Shown here one piece after another: positions 49,183 through 58,076 of a DNA stretch of 64,000 nt. Where the stretch lies: positions 1-64,000 of the IMG/VR virus record IMGVR_UViG_3300032319_000936; one strand, given 5' to 3'. The notes beneath the pieces were generated by a model. It did not search any database, was not told the origin of the DNA, and saw only the letters and a program-made list of their open reading frames with translations. Source of the stretch: a virus (taxonomy: Duplodnaviria; Caudoviricetes). Position 1 is the first letter of the stretch, and each line of letters begins with the position of its first letter. Both the position numbers and the translations under genes were made by a program.

Positions 49183-49366
49183 GGTTATTTTTTATTTCTC
49201 TTAAAGTTAGCTCTAGATTAGTTATCACGGAATGCATAAGATTTGTAGGTTTACTTTCATATTCAGCCTTTGCTAAACGAATAGAAGCTAAGATATTTCC
49301 TTCAATTGCTTCCGAATATGAAGTTTCATTCTTAACTTCGTTGGTTTCTTCTTTTTTCTTTGCCAT
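49166..49366 (-). CDS. small hypothetical protein
   Basis: ORF in operon. Confidence 0.6.
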   Translation of the reverse strand: MAKKKEETNEVKNETSYSEAIEGNILASIRLAKAEYESKPTNLMHSVITNLELTLREIKNNHGATL

Positions 49367-49378
49367 TTTATTTTTTAT

Positions 49379-49804
49379 TTATTTGTGAAATTTGCTAAAA
49401 GTCTTATCGTATTCTTCCCAATACTTGACCAACTGATGCTCTTCTAGATCAAAGAGTAGATTGTTTTCTACCCAGCGGTACATGTGATAGCCAAAACGTA
49501 AATCTCTTAGATATCCTGAGCAATAGTCTCCGCTTTCGGATTGCTTACACATCAAGGCACTACAACAGCCTTCCTCCCCACAAGCCTCGCATTCCCGACA
49601 GTATGGACCGTAAGTATCCTCTGCTGCCTCATAGGCACCATCAGGTCCTATCTGGAAATCATCAGATACCCTTGGCTCTATATTTTTGATGCTCTCAGCT
49701 AGTTTATTGCTGTGCCATTTGAGCCACTCCTGATATGTCCAGTGTGCATTTTCAGGATTGCTTTCTATGAAGAGTTTATATTGAGATTCTAGTGTCATTT
49801 TCAT
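49379..49804 (-). CDS. Cys-rich hypothetical protein
   Basis: CxxCxxCGEEGCC. Confidence 0.7.
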   Translation of the reverse strand: MKMTLESQYKLFIESNPENAHWTYQEWLKWHSNKLAESIKNIEPRVSDDFQIGPDGAYEAAEDTYGPYCRECEACGEEGCCSALMCKQSESGDYCSGYLRDLRFGYHMYRWVENNLLFDLEEHQLVKYWEEYDKTFSKFHK

Positions 49805-50291
49805 TTGGTTTTGCGTCAGCTAATAACTTTGTTTTTACTAAAGTTAGAGCTTGTCCCAGTAGGTTAAGACCCTGCCAGTATGACGGATCGTCTATACCCT
49901 CAGCATCCTCGGCTAAGCCAATACCCCAGATCGTATCAAATGGTGAGGCTTCAACGAAAATTCTATTCTCTGCCGATAGCATCTGTTCTTTTAGCTCGGG
50001 ATTTTGTGAAAATTTCGCTAGATTTCCTTCGTAGACAATTGCTAAACAATTCTTATCCCAGGTTGCCTTATCGAATCCTTTAATCATTCGACCGTATTTC
50101 TTTTGCTCCTTGGGATTAGATTCGTTCATAATCAATTCAGCAATTTCGGAATCCCCAAATAGCAATGCTTTTTGGTGCATCATGTACTGCTCACAAGAAT
50201 TGTATTCGATATTATCGACTGTCATCGGGGCTTTGTGCCATTGGGAATATATGCCATTCCAAAAGAAGACGTGCTTATCTGTAATTTTCAT
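49776..50291 (-). CDS. NADAR (YbiA-like) ADP-ribosylhydrolase
   Basis: EQYMM..KA..F.D, KFSQN, VEASP.D.IWGIG, G.NLLG. Confidence 0.92.
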   Translation of the reverse strand: MKITDKHVFFWNGIYSQWHKAPMTVDNIEYNSCEQYMMHQKALLFGDSEIAELIMNESNPKEQKKYGRMIKGFDKATWDKNCLAIVYEGNLAKFSQNPELKEQMLSAENRIFVEASPFDTIWGIGLAEDAEGIDDPSYWQGLNLLGQALTLVKTKLLADAKPNENDTRISI

Positions 50292-50293
50292 AA

Positions 50294-50812
50294 TTATGGT
50301 TTATAGTTTACTATTGTCACTAAGCAGTCTTTTAGCTCTCCCTTTATTATTTGTTCTATTCTATCCCAATCTCCACCTGCTAATCCAGATCCTATTTTTC
50401 CCATGCCAATGTGTTTACCCTTGAACACTCTATTCATCTTCCTCATGCAGATCGTGAAAGCATCATAGTCGAAAGGCTGTGCCACACCATCAGAGTGGTT
50501 TCTGCCATAACTATATTGCGTGTAGGCATTCACAACAACGAGCTCTGTTCCTTTATCGGGATTGCTTTCTCCGAGGTCAATAGTAAATGCGTTGTTCTTT
50601 TCGAGAAGAAAAGTTTTCCAGTCAATGTTTCCTAGCTTATCAATGCTAGGTCCCCACATTTCCATTTCGAACTTATCGCATCCAAAAGCTGCTGCCATCT
50701 GTGGAGCAATCCCGCTTTTCATAACCGAAAGACAGTTACAACCATGTGCTATCACATCAAATTTTGCTTCTTTAGCAAGCTTAATTAAGTCTCCGTCTAT
50801 GTACTTTATCAT
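50294..50812 (-). CDS. macro domain protein
   Basis: GDL, IAHGCNC...M.SGIA, NAYTQ, IGSGLAGGDW. Confidence 0.9.
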   Translation of the reverse strand: MIKYIDGDLIKLAKEAKFDVIAHGCNCLSVMKSGIAPQMAAAFGCDKFEMEMWGPSIDKLGNIDWKTFLLEKNNAFTIDLGESNPDKGTELVVVNAYTQYSYGRNHSDGVAQPFDYDAFTICMRKMNRVFKGKHIGMGKIGSGLAGGDWDRIEQIIKGELKDCLVTIVNYKP

Positions 50813-50857
50813 ATTGTTTCAATTTTAGTGAGGCACCCCTCACAATTGGTCTGTATA

Positions 50858-51754
50858 TTAAAATGAGTTAAATTGCATTAAGTAATCTTTACCTACTGTG
50901 TAGTCACTGTGATGCTCTACGTCAATGTCAGAATAGCTGTTTGAAGAGTAAACCTTCTTGATGTGCTTGCTCAATTCATAAAAGCTGTTACTAAAGATGC
51001 CGTGTGTAACGATCAAGTAAACCTCGGCTGTGGGTCTGCTATCATGGATTGCCTTTGCCAACTCAATGAAAGTTCTTCCTCCATCGCAGATGTCATCAAC
51101 TATTACATATTTTAGATCCTCGTGTTGATCCAGCACAGGGATCTCGGTGTGTAGGATTTTGCCCGTTTTGATGTCTCTAACCTTAGTTGCTGTGATAATC
51201 TTTCTGATCTCGAACTTCTGAGCAACATCGAAGATCTTCTTGTAAGCCCCGGCGTCAGGTGATACTAGCACAATACGATCCTGTGCATCCCTCTTATTGT
51301 CAATATCGGTTAAAGCCTTCTTAACAATATCGTGATTGCTGACCTTAACGAAATTATCCAGACAAGCTTCCAAAACATCCGAGTGAGGATCCAGAATGGT
51401 CACGGACTCGAATTTTTGAGAGTTGATGATTGGGCAGATAACTTGCTTTAAGTAGTTAGCATCACCTTCTGTAAAACGACGATCCGAACGTGCACCCATG
51501 AAATATGGAGTGTAGAGCTGAATGTTTTGGATGCCAGTATTACGAAGTGCCGCAGTTGCACAGACGATTAATTCCAGATCCTTGAATGTGTTAAGACGGC
51601 TTTTGATCATCACGCCTCCTGCATGAACTGCAGCGAGGTGTGCCATGTCAACGATTAGCGTGACAGATTGCTGTCCATCAGGGAATCTGTTGATCATGAA
51701 ATCGATCTGTGAATTTTCTGGATAGGCCAGATTTAAAGTTTTGTAATTTGACAT
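50858..51754 (-). CDS. PRPP synthetase-like protein (candidate ADPR-PP synthetase)
   Basis: FPDG, PYFMGARSDR, DPHS, VSPDAGA, IVDDICDGGRTF, VTHGIFS. Confidence 0.9.
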   Translation of the reverse strand: MSNYKTLNLAYPENSQIDFMINRFPDGQQSVTLIVDMAHLAAVHAGGVMIKSRLNTFKDLELIVCATAALRNTGIQNIQLYTPYFMGARSDRRFTEGDANYLKQVICPIINSQKFESVTILDPHSDVLEACLDNFVKVSNHDIVKKALTDIDNKRDAQDRIVLVSPDAGAYKKIFDVAQKFEIRKIITATKVRDIKTGKILHTEIPVLDQHEDLKYVIVDDICDGGRTFIELAKAIHDSRPTAEVYLIVTHGIFSNSFYELSKHIKKVYSSNSYSDIDVEHHSDYTVGKDYLMQFNSF

Positions 51755-51757
51755 ATC

Positions 51758-52000
51758 TTATTCCTTATTATGAATTGGGTTTGTACAGTTTCCTTTGTGT
51801 GACAGATAGTTTGAATTGGGATCTCCACCTAAGTGTCCAATATACTGGCAACCATCGATAGTGTATTCAGTAATAATAACTCTTTGATTAGGCAAATCTA
51901 ACTCGTAGTGAGTTTGTTCCACGTGTTTGACCGATTCTATATCATCGCAAGATGCAAAGAAGATAGCAATAAATGTTAGAATAAATGTTTTGATTTTCAT
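51758..52000 (-). CDS. putative lipoprotein
   Basis: Start moved to MKIKTFILTFIAIFFASC (lipobox); promoter at 52021. Confidence 0.7.
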   Translation of the reverse strand: MKIKTFILTFIAIFFASCDDIESVKHVEQTHYELDLPNQRVIITEYTIDGCQYIGHLGGDPNSNYLSHKGNCTNPIHNKE

Positions 52001-52056
52001 ACTGCTTTTAATTATAACAGCAATATTAAGAAATGTTCCCGGAGAATACCAGATGA

Positions 52057-52332
52057 TTAGTTGGGAAAGTACATGTCCTTCCCAGAGCCAGTGACATACT
52101 TCACGCAAGCACCGTGTGGTGTTTTCAATTCAGCAAACATCGGATCCCCTGTTGGCAGACGCACCTCCATTCTATAACCTGTGACACTTATAGAAACCAG
52201 TGGATTTCTACTAGAACCAAGAAGAATAAGCTTGGCATCAGTTAGATCCAAATCTGAATCAAAGTTAACGATGACACACTCCTTAGAGATAGCAACCGCT
52301 TGAAAATCCACTATAAGAGGGTTTGTGTGCAT
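52057..52332 (-). CDS. hypothetical protein
   Basis: ORF in operon. Confidence 0.6.
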   Translation of the reverse strand: MHTNPLIVDFQAVAISKECVIVNFDSDLDLTDAKLILLGSSRNPLVSISVTGYRMEVRLPTGDPMFAELKTPHGACVKYVTGSGKDMYFPN

Positions 52333-52351
52333 ACGTTAATATCTATCCAGG

Positions 52352-52648
52352 TTACTCTACTATTTTACAGATTGGTATTTTAACAAATCCGGAATTTTCG
52401 TATCTATGTGGTTTTTCAACTATTCCGTTCCCGATTAGAAAATCTAGCATTCCCTCGTTCTCTGAATAGTCTTTAACCCCGACCTCCTCTTTAGACAGAC
52501 CCGGTATATTCACGGTGCACTTGGCAAACGGAAATCCATCCTCCATATCAATGAGTTCTAGTGCAGGAGTTTTTGTGTTGTAAACTCCTCTCTGTAGCAG
52601 GACATTATAATCTGTTCCTGATAGATTATAAACGTAACTTTTTTCCAT
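52352..52648 (-). CDS. DUF4313-like protein
   Basis: PFAK.TVN...VKDYSENEG..FL..NG...SGFV. Confidence 0.6.
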   Translation of the reverse strand: MEKSYVYNLSGTDYNVLLQRGVYNTKTPALELIDMEDGFPFAKCTVNIPGLSKEEVGVKDYSENEGMLDFLIGNGIVEKPHRYENSGFVKIPICKIVE

Positions 52649-52649
52649 G

Positions 52650-53300
52650 TTATCTTTCTTCTAAGTGGTGATCGTTATTGAATAGTGAGCAGACAGGTCT
52701 GTCCTCCATGATGTCCAGAATCTCGTCCAATGAGTAAGGTCTAAATTCCTCAGACCCATCGAATCCGACATCCATCATCTTGCCTGGACCCAACTTCTGC
52801 TCTGGAGAGAAGTGCACGTGACCGTGCAGGTGAATAACACCCTGGTTCATATCGTGCCAGCTAGCTATCGGAAAGTGACACAAGACCATTCTGATCTTAA
52901 TCACCTTCTCCCCTTTAGGTGCCTCCCTGGTGATTGTAAGGTACTCGTATTTAGAAACGTGTTTAAAGAGGGATCTGACCCCTTCTTTATCACGATCTAT
53001 ATGGTGGTCGTGGTTGCCTAGAATAAGGTAAACATTCTTGCAGTTGATTCTATCACGGAATTCCTTAACGGCTTCAAATCCACCAAATGCCCAATCTCCC
53101 AAATGAATTAGATGGTCATTCTCGCCCACCCTTGAATTGATGGATTCAACTATAGCATCGTTCATAGACTCCAATGAAGGGAAATCCCTTGTCTTGGATT
53201 CTGCTGGCCAGTTTGATAAAGCCTTAACCAGGTTAGAATGATTGTAGTGCGAATCCGAGGTCCAGTAGATGTTTTGATTCTTTCCTAATGTTATTTTCAT
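52650..53300 (-). CDS. calcineurin-like metallophosphoesterase
   Basis: SDSH, HLGD, GNHD, HGHVH. Confidence 0.9.
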   Translation of the reverse strand: MKITLGKNQNIYWTSDSHYNHSNLVKALSNWPAESKTRDFPSLESMNDAIVESINSRVGENDHLIHLGDWAFGGFEAVKEFRDRINCKNVYLILGNHDHHIDRDKEGVRSLFKHVSKYEYLTITREAPKGEKVIKIRMVLCHFPIASWHDMNQGVIHLHGHVHFSPEQKLGPGKMMDVGFDGSEEFRPYSLDEILDIMEDRPVCSLFNNDHHLEER

Positions 53301-54187
53301 ATTTCGAATTTTTGAGAAGATTTTAACCTTCTACCTCTAATTTTTAATTTTTGCATGGCTTTATTGTATGTTCTAACAGCCCATGGTCCAGACTCACCAA
53401 ATTGTTCGCCTATGAATGGGAAGGATCTTATAAATCCCTCGTTCTTGCCCATTCTATCCATTACAACCTTTTTCTCTATTGGAGTTAAAGTCCTAAGTAG
53501 CTTTTCAGTAATAAACTGAACGTCACTTTCATTAACAAAATCCTCCACGTTAGGTTCCGATTCAAGCCATGAGATTGGAGCTTTTACCTCGTCCTCACTC
53601 TCACCGTTTCTAAGTTCTAGAGATATATTAAATGAGTCAGCAGCCATGGCATTCCTAATGGTTTCCATATTTTTGGTTATCCATTTCTTATCTGTCATTT
53701 CAGCTAATCTATCCCTGATCTCGGCAGTGGTAGCGTCCCTCTCGTATTTCTGGTTGTACTCGATGTGTATCTTTTTAATTGCAGCTAAACAAGTGATGAC
53801 ATTCCTAGGAACTTTTATTGTTCTGGAATGGACGCTTATATAATCCAATATATTTTTTCGGATTCTCCAGACAGCATACGATATAAACTTAAATCCTGTG
53901 GATGGATCGAAACTTTCCGCTGACTCTATCAGCCCAATGTTTCCCTGCGATATAAGATCCATCAGTGGAAATTTAGGTCCGGCATATGCCTTTGCAACAG
54001 AGACGACAAATTTGAGATTTGATCTTATTAATTTCTCCTTCGCAATCTCGTCTCCATTTCTTACCCTAATGGCTAGCTCATTCTCCTCTTCTGGTGATAG
54101 AACCGGTATTCTAGTAATATCGGAAAAATATTTATCTAGTGCCGATGTCCTGTCTGTTTTTCTTTCAGTTATCTTGAATTGTCTCAT
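53297..54187 (-). CDS. sigma70 family (RpoD/RpoS-like) sigma factor
   Basis: LSPEEE..LA, NLKFVVSVAK, DLISQGNIGL, FDP..GFKFISYAVWRI. Confidence 0.92.
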   Translation of the reverse strand: MRQFKITERKTDRTSALDKYFSDITRIPVLSPEEENELAIRVRNGDEIAKEKLIRSNLKFVVSVAKAYAGPKFPLMDLISQGNIGLIESAESFDPSTGFKFISYAVWRIRKNILDYISVHSRTIKVPRNVITCLAAIKKIHIEYNQKYERDATTAEIRDRLAEMTDKKWITKNMETIRNAMAADSFNISLELRNGESEDEVKAPISWLESEPNVEDFVNESDVQFITEKLLRTLTPIEKKVVMDRMGKNEGFIRSFPFIGEQFGESGPWAVRTYNKAMQKLKIRGRRLKSSQKFEI

Positions 54188-54267
54188 ACTGCAAAGCTAA
54201 ATGAAATCCCCGCGTTTTTCCAGATGGCTACATTGAAACATTAGAAATTTTGTGCGATATATAAAGC

Positions 54268-55338
54268 ATGTCTAAAATTTTAAAATTCTCACAGTTTATA
54301 TTTGAGTCAGAGGAAGCTATCTATAGCACTCCAGGTGACCCCTACCAATATAAAATTGTTAACGGGATATGGATGACAAAGGGACTAAGCATCAAAAACT
54401 GGACTTCTCTAGAGGGAAACAAAAAAGCTAAAGATATACTTGATGCTAGACACCCCGAGGCTAGAGCATCCCAAAGTGCCACAGTACAGACCCCGGAATA
54501 CCAAAGCGAGGTCGTTGCGGTGGATCCAAAAACTGAGTACATTTCAAATTCTAATACTAAGACATTAATCTGTGCTCACGCTGGAAAATGGGACGGAGCA
54601 GGTGCTTCCAGGGCGGAAAACTGTCTTAAGAATATCGAGTTGAATATCAAGGGTGGAACAGATATGATAGAGATAGACATACAGATCACATCCGATGGTG
54701 TGCCTGTTTTATTTCACGATGGCACTCTAGATTCTAAGACTAACGGTAGTGGCAAGATTCAAAATATGAAATGGGATCAGGTTAAAACGATATCCTATGA
54801 TTCAGATCCCGCACAGAAGATATGCTCGCTACAAGATGTTGTCAGTCTAATTAAAGGATACAAATCAAGAGCTATATTACAATTGGATAAGTGCGATGCA
54901 GCAGAACTAGCGGTAATAAATAAGACGGGTATCCTTAAAGGTATAGAAGGACAGGTGGTAGCAAAGGGAACTAGTTTCACTCCTCCTTCTATAGTCAGTT
55001 CTATGGGTATAAAATGGATGCCTATTCTTCCTAGTAGCAATGTTGGTAAAATGACATCTAAAAAGGCAGTAGATGATGTGGTTTCTAAAGTCAAGCCTGG
55101 ATTCTTCGAATATCAATTCAGTGACTCTGATTCCTATATAGTAAATGGTTATATGTCTGACGCTCTAAGGGGTAAGAGTGTTTCTCCTATGGTTGTAGCT
55201 GTTGGAGGAACAAAAGATACTAACGGTGCCTCTTATAGAGGAGATTCTAAAAATGCTTGGAAGAAGATAATAGATGACATAAAGCCTAGCCTAATCATGA
55301 CTAATAGACCAAGTCAACTAAGATCTTATCTAGGCTAA
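54268..55338 (+). CDS. glycerophosphodiester phosphodiesterase-like protein with CTS-like leader
   Basis: AHAG..EN, EIDIQITSDGVPVLFHD, IMTNRP; GATATATA at 54256. Confidence 0.8.
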   Translation: MSKILKFSQFIFESEEAIYSTPGDPYQYKIVNGIWMTKGLSIKNWTSLEGNKKAKDILDARHPEARASQSATVQTPEYQSEVVAVDPKTEYISNSNTKTLICAHAGKWDGAGASRAENCLKNIELNIKGGTDMIEIDIQITSDGVPVLFHDGTLDSKTNGSGKIQNMKWDQVKTISYDSDPAQKICSLQDVVSLIKGYKSRAILQLDKCDAAELAVINKTGILKGIEGQVVAKGTSFTPPSIVSSMGIKWMPILPSSNVGKMTSKKAVDDVVSKVKPGFFEYQFSDSDSYIVNGYMSDALRGKSVSPMVVAVGGTKDTNGASYRGDSKNAWKKIIDDIKPSLIMTNRPSQLRSYLG

Positions 55339-55403
55339 GCATAAAAATTGATCGGAATCTATTTTTAGGATGGATATATAAGTAAATAAATAAAACAAGA
55401 AAA

Positions 55404-56054
55404 ATGCATATTAAAAAATTCACACAGTTTATCGTTGAAAATGAACATTACGGATCTATCAACGAGGGGGATATCATACCAGGAGTACCTTATAATACGG
55501 GGTTTGAAATGACTGATAAGGATACTAATAAAATGTCGGTTAATACCGATAACGGAAAGCAAATGTCAATTAGTTTTCACAGAGATTCTGGTAGTCGAAA
55601 TGTTTCCCTCATCTTTGAACCTACTAATGAACCGCTTACCCTAAAACAGGGAGCTTCGTATGCTTATGTGGTTGTAAACAAAGAAAAAGAGGAGAGTTTT
55701 CCTGTAGCAGTTACAAAAATCGATGGTTTCGTTGCAGACAAATCCACTCGAATCTATGATAATGCGAATTCTATAGATCTTCTTGGAGAGTTTATTGCGA
55801 CTTCCGGTATCTCTTCTGATGCTGCTTCGGGTATAAAGCTAGCAAAAGTTATAGCTAAACTTTTATTGGATACCCAATACAATAGCAAGGTAACTGATAC
55901 ATTTAAAAAATTCGCAAATAACATTGTCATGAATATTAGGAATGGTAAATTCATACCTAATATGACACAGGATCTTGTTAGTTATAAGTCAACCCCAGGC
56001 ATGAAAGCATTCGTAGCTGAATTACCAAAAAGTTATGATGCTCTTAAATCTTAA
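55404..56054 (+). CDS. hypothetical protein with CTS-like leader (paralogue A1)
   Basis: MHIKKFTQFIVE; paralogue of 56823..57503. Confidence 0.85.
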   Translation: MHIKKFTQFIVENEHYGSINEGDIIPGVPYNTGFEMTDKDTNKMSVNTDNGKQMSISFHRDSGSRNVSLIFEPTNEPLTLKQGASYAYVVVNKEKEESFPVAVTKIDGFVADKSTRIYDNANSIDLLGEFIATSGISSDAASGIKLAKVIAKLLLDTQYNSKVTDTFKKFANNIVMNIRNGKFIPNMTQDLVSYKSTPGMKAFVAELPKSYDALKS

Positions 56055-56083
56055 AAAAAGCATAATCGTTTGAATCTTAAACT

Positions 56084-56110
56084 AAAAAGCCAGCTATAAG
56101 CTGGCTTTTT
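56084..56110. terminator. bidirectional terminator
   Basis: AAAAAGCCAGCT-ATA-AGCTGGCTTTTT. Confidence 0.85.
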
Positions 56111-56122
56111 TTATGAATTATT

Positions 56123-56638
56123 CTATTCCTCGGATATTGAGGATATCCTGTTATAATTCCCACAAATCCAATAGCTTTTATAGAATTCACCATTTTTAAA
56201 TAGGGTATAGTGCTCTTGGACAGTTCCGTCTTCCTGAGTTAAAACCTCATATTCATATCTGTCGTATTCTATATTCTTAAGGGTATTATCGTAATATGAA
56301 TCCACAGTGCTCTTTATAAAAATTGATTCGTACCAAATGCTATCCTTGGTAGAAAGATCCCATTCTACCCCGGGAGCAAAAACAGCAATATAGCTTCCAT
56401 CATTCTTCGTGATAAGTTTTTTCCATAAAACGGGATCCTTAATCGCATCTAGAAATTTACCCTCACCTCTAAACTCAGGCTGATCATAATATAGATCGTG
56501 CATATGCTCTCTTAATGAATCTATATCCAAGGAAGCAAATACGCTAGCAAAAGATTCTGTGCCTTCATTCTGAGATAGAGCGGTTACACTTGTTCCTAGT
56601 ATGAATAGGAAAATAAATGCTAATTTTAGATTTTTCAT
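56123..56638 (-). CDS. signal-peptide protein (paralogue B1)
   Basis: MKNLKLAFIFLFILGTSVTALS|Q Sec signal. Confidence 0.85.
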   Translation of the reverse strand: MKNLKLAFIFLFILGTSVTALSQNEGTESFASVFASLDIDSLREHMHDLYYDQPEFRGEGKFLDAIKDPVLWKKLITKNDGSYIAVFAPGVEWDLSTKDSIWYESIFIKSTVDSYYDNTLKNIEYDRYEYEVLTQEDGTVQEHYTLFKNGEFYKSYWICGNYNRISSISEE

Positions 56639-56822
56639 AGGTGATAGTGTTATTGTTACAGTTACAAATATATGTCGAATCCTCGTAAAAAAGAAGAAGG
56701 ATTAAAAAAATATTTACTTACTAAAATACAAAGAACAAAAAAAGATTAGATGATCGCGCTTTTAATATAACGAAATCTATTCAGAAAACGGATATATAAG
56801 TAAATAAATAAAACAAGAAAAA

Positions 56823-57503
56823 ATGCAAATTAAAAAATTCACGCAGTTTATACTCGAAAATGAGTATTACGACACTATCAACGAAGGAGATATCGTATCA
56901 GGTGTATCTTATAATTCTTCATCTTCGAGCGAAAATGGTACAATGTCCGTTGTTGCAAAAACAGGGGAACCGACAGAAATTTATTTTTTAAGAAATAATG
57001 GTGCTGATGATAAAGCTCGTGTTAGATTCATACTAAAATTTGTACCCTCTACAAAACCATACGAGATTAAAGAATCTGATGTAAATGCATATGCCTTTAT
57101 AGTAAAAGATGAAGGAGGCTCTGAAGGAGGTTCGCTTGCTTACCCTGTAGCAATTACAAAAATGGATAATTTCTATGCAGATAAATCGGGGTCACGTTTA
57201 CAATCAAATTCTATAGATCTTCTTGGACAGTTTATTGCATATTGTGGTGCTAACAATGCTGCTCTAGGTTCAAATTTAGCAAAAGTTATAGCTACACTTT
57301 TATTGGATAATAAATATAATCTTGTGGTAGCCGATACATTCAAAAAATTCGCAAATAGCATTATCATGAATGTAAGGAATCAAACATTCCTTCCCACTAT
57401 GGGGAAGGATCTTGCTAGTTATAAGTCACAACCAGGTATGAAAGCATTCGTAACTCAATTACCAAAAAGTTGTGATGCTCTTAAACCACCTAAAAAAGTA
57501 TAG
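56823..57503 (+). CDS. hypothetical protein with CTS-like leader (paralogue A2)
   Basis: MQIKKFTQFILE. Confidence 0.85.
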   Translation: MQIKKFTQFILENEYYDTINEGDIVSGVSYNSSSSSENGTMSVVAKTGEPTEIYFLRNNGADDKARVRFILKFVPSTKPYEIKESDVNAYAFIVKDEGGSEGGSLAYPVAITKMDNFYADKSGSRLQSNSIDLLGQFIAYCGANNAALGSNLAKVIATLLLDNKYNLVVADTFKKFANSIIMNVRNQTFLPTMGKDLASYKSQPGMKAFVTQLPKSCDALKPPKKV

Positions 57504-57522
57504 TAGGATAAAAAATAAAGGT

Positions 57523-57548
57523 AAAAGCCAGCTTAAAGCTGGCTTTTT
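57523..57548. terminator. bidirectional terminator
   Basis: AAAAGCCAGCT-TAA-AGCTGGCTTTT. Confidence 0.85.
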
Positions 57549-57560
57549 TTATGAATTATT

Positions 57561-58076
57561 CTATTCCTCAGATATGACTCCTATCTTGTTATAATGCCCG
57601 CAAATCCAATAGCTTCTATAGAATTCACCGTTTTTAAATAGAGTATAGTGCTCTTGGACAGTCCCGTCGTCCTGAGTTAAAACCTCATATTCATATCTGT
57701 CATATTCCAGATTCTTAAGGGTATTATCGTAATATGAATCCACCGTGCTCTTTATAAAAATTGGATGATATATTATATTATCACTCGTAGAAAGATCCCA
57801 TTCTACCCCTGGAGCAAAAACACCAATATAGTTTCCATCCTTCTGCGTGATAAGTTTTTTCCATAAAATGGGATCCTTAATAGCATCTAAAAATTTACCT
57901 TTGCCTCTAAACTCAGGCTGATCGTATAATGGATCGTACATATGCTCTCTTAATGAATCTATATCCAAAGAAGCAAGTACGCTAGCAAAAGATTCCGTGC
58001 CTTCATTCTGTGATAAGGCTGTTACACTTGTTCCTAGTATGAATAGGAAAATAAATGCTAATTTTAGATTTTTCAT
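57561..58076 (-). CDS. signal-peptide protein (paralogue B2)
   Basis: Near-identical to 56123..56638. Confidence 0.85.
   Translation of the reverse strand: MKNLKLAFIFLFILGTSVTALSQNEGTESFASVLASLDIDSLREHMYDPLYDQPEFRGKGKFLDAIKDPILWKKLITQKDGNYIGVFAPGVEWDLSTSDNIIYHPIFIKSTVDSYYDNTLKNLEYDRYEYEVLTQDDGTVQEHYTLFKNGEFYRSYWICGHYNKIGVISEE

Noticed and set aside
56640-56820. tRNA or structured ncRNA in larger intergenic gaps (also 6477..6600, 3616..3730)
   Set aside because: No cloverleaf or T-loop signature is visible; the gaps are explained by promoters and A/T tracts.
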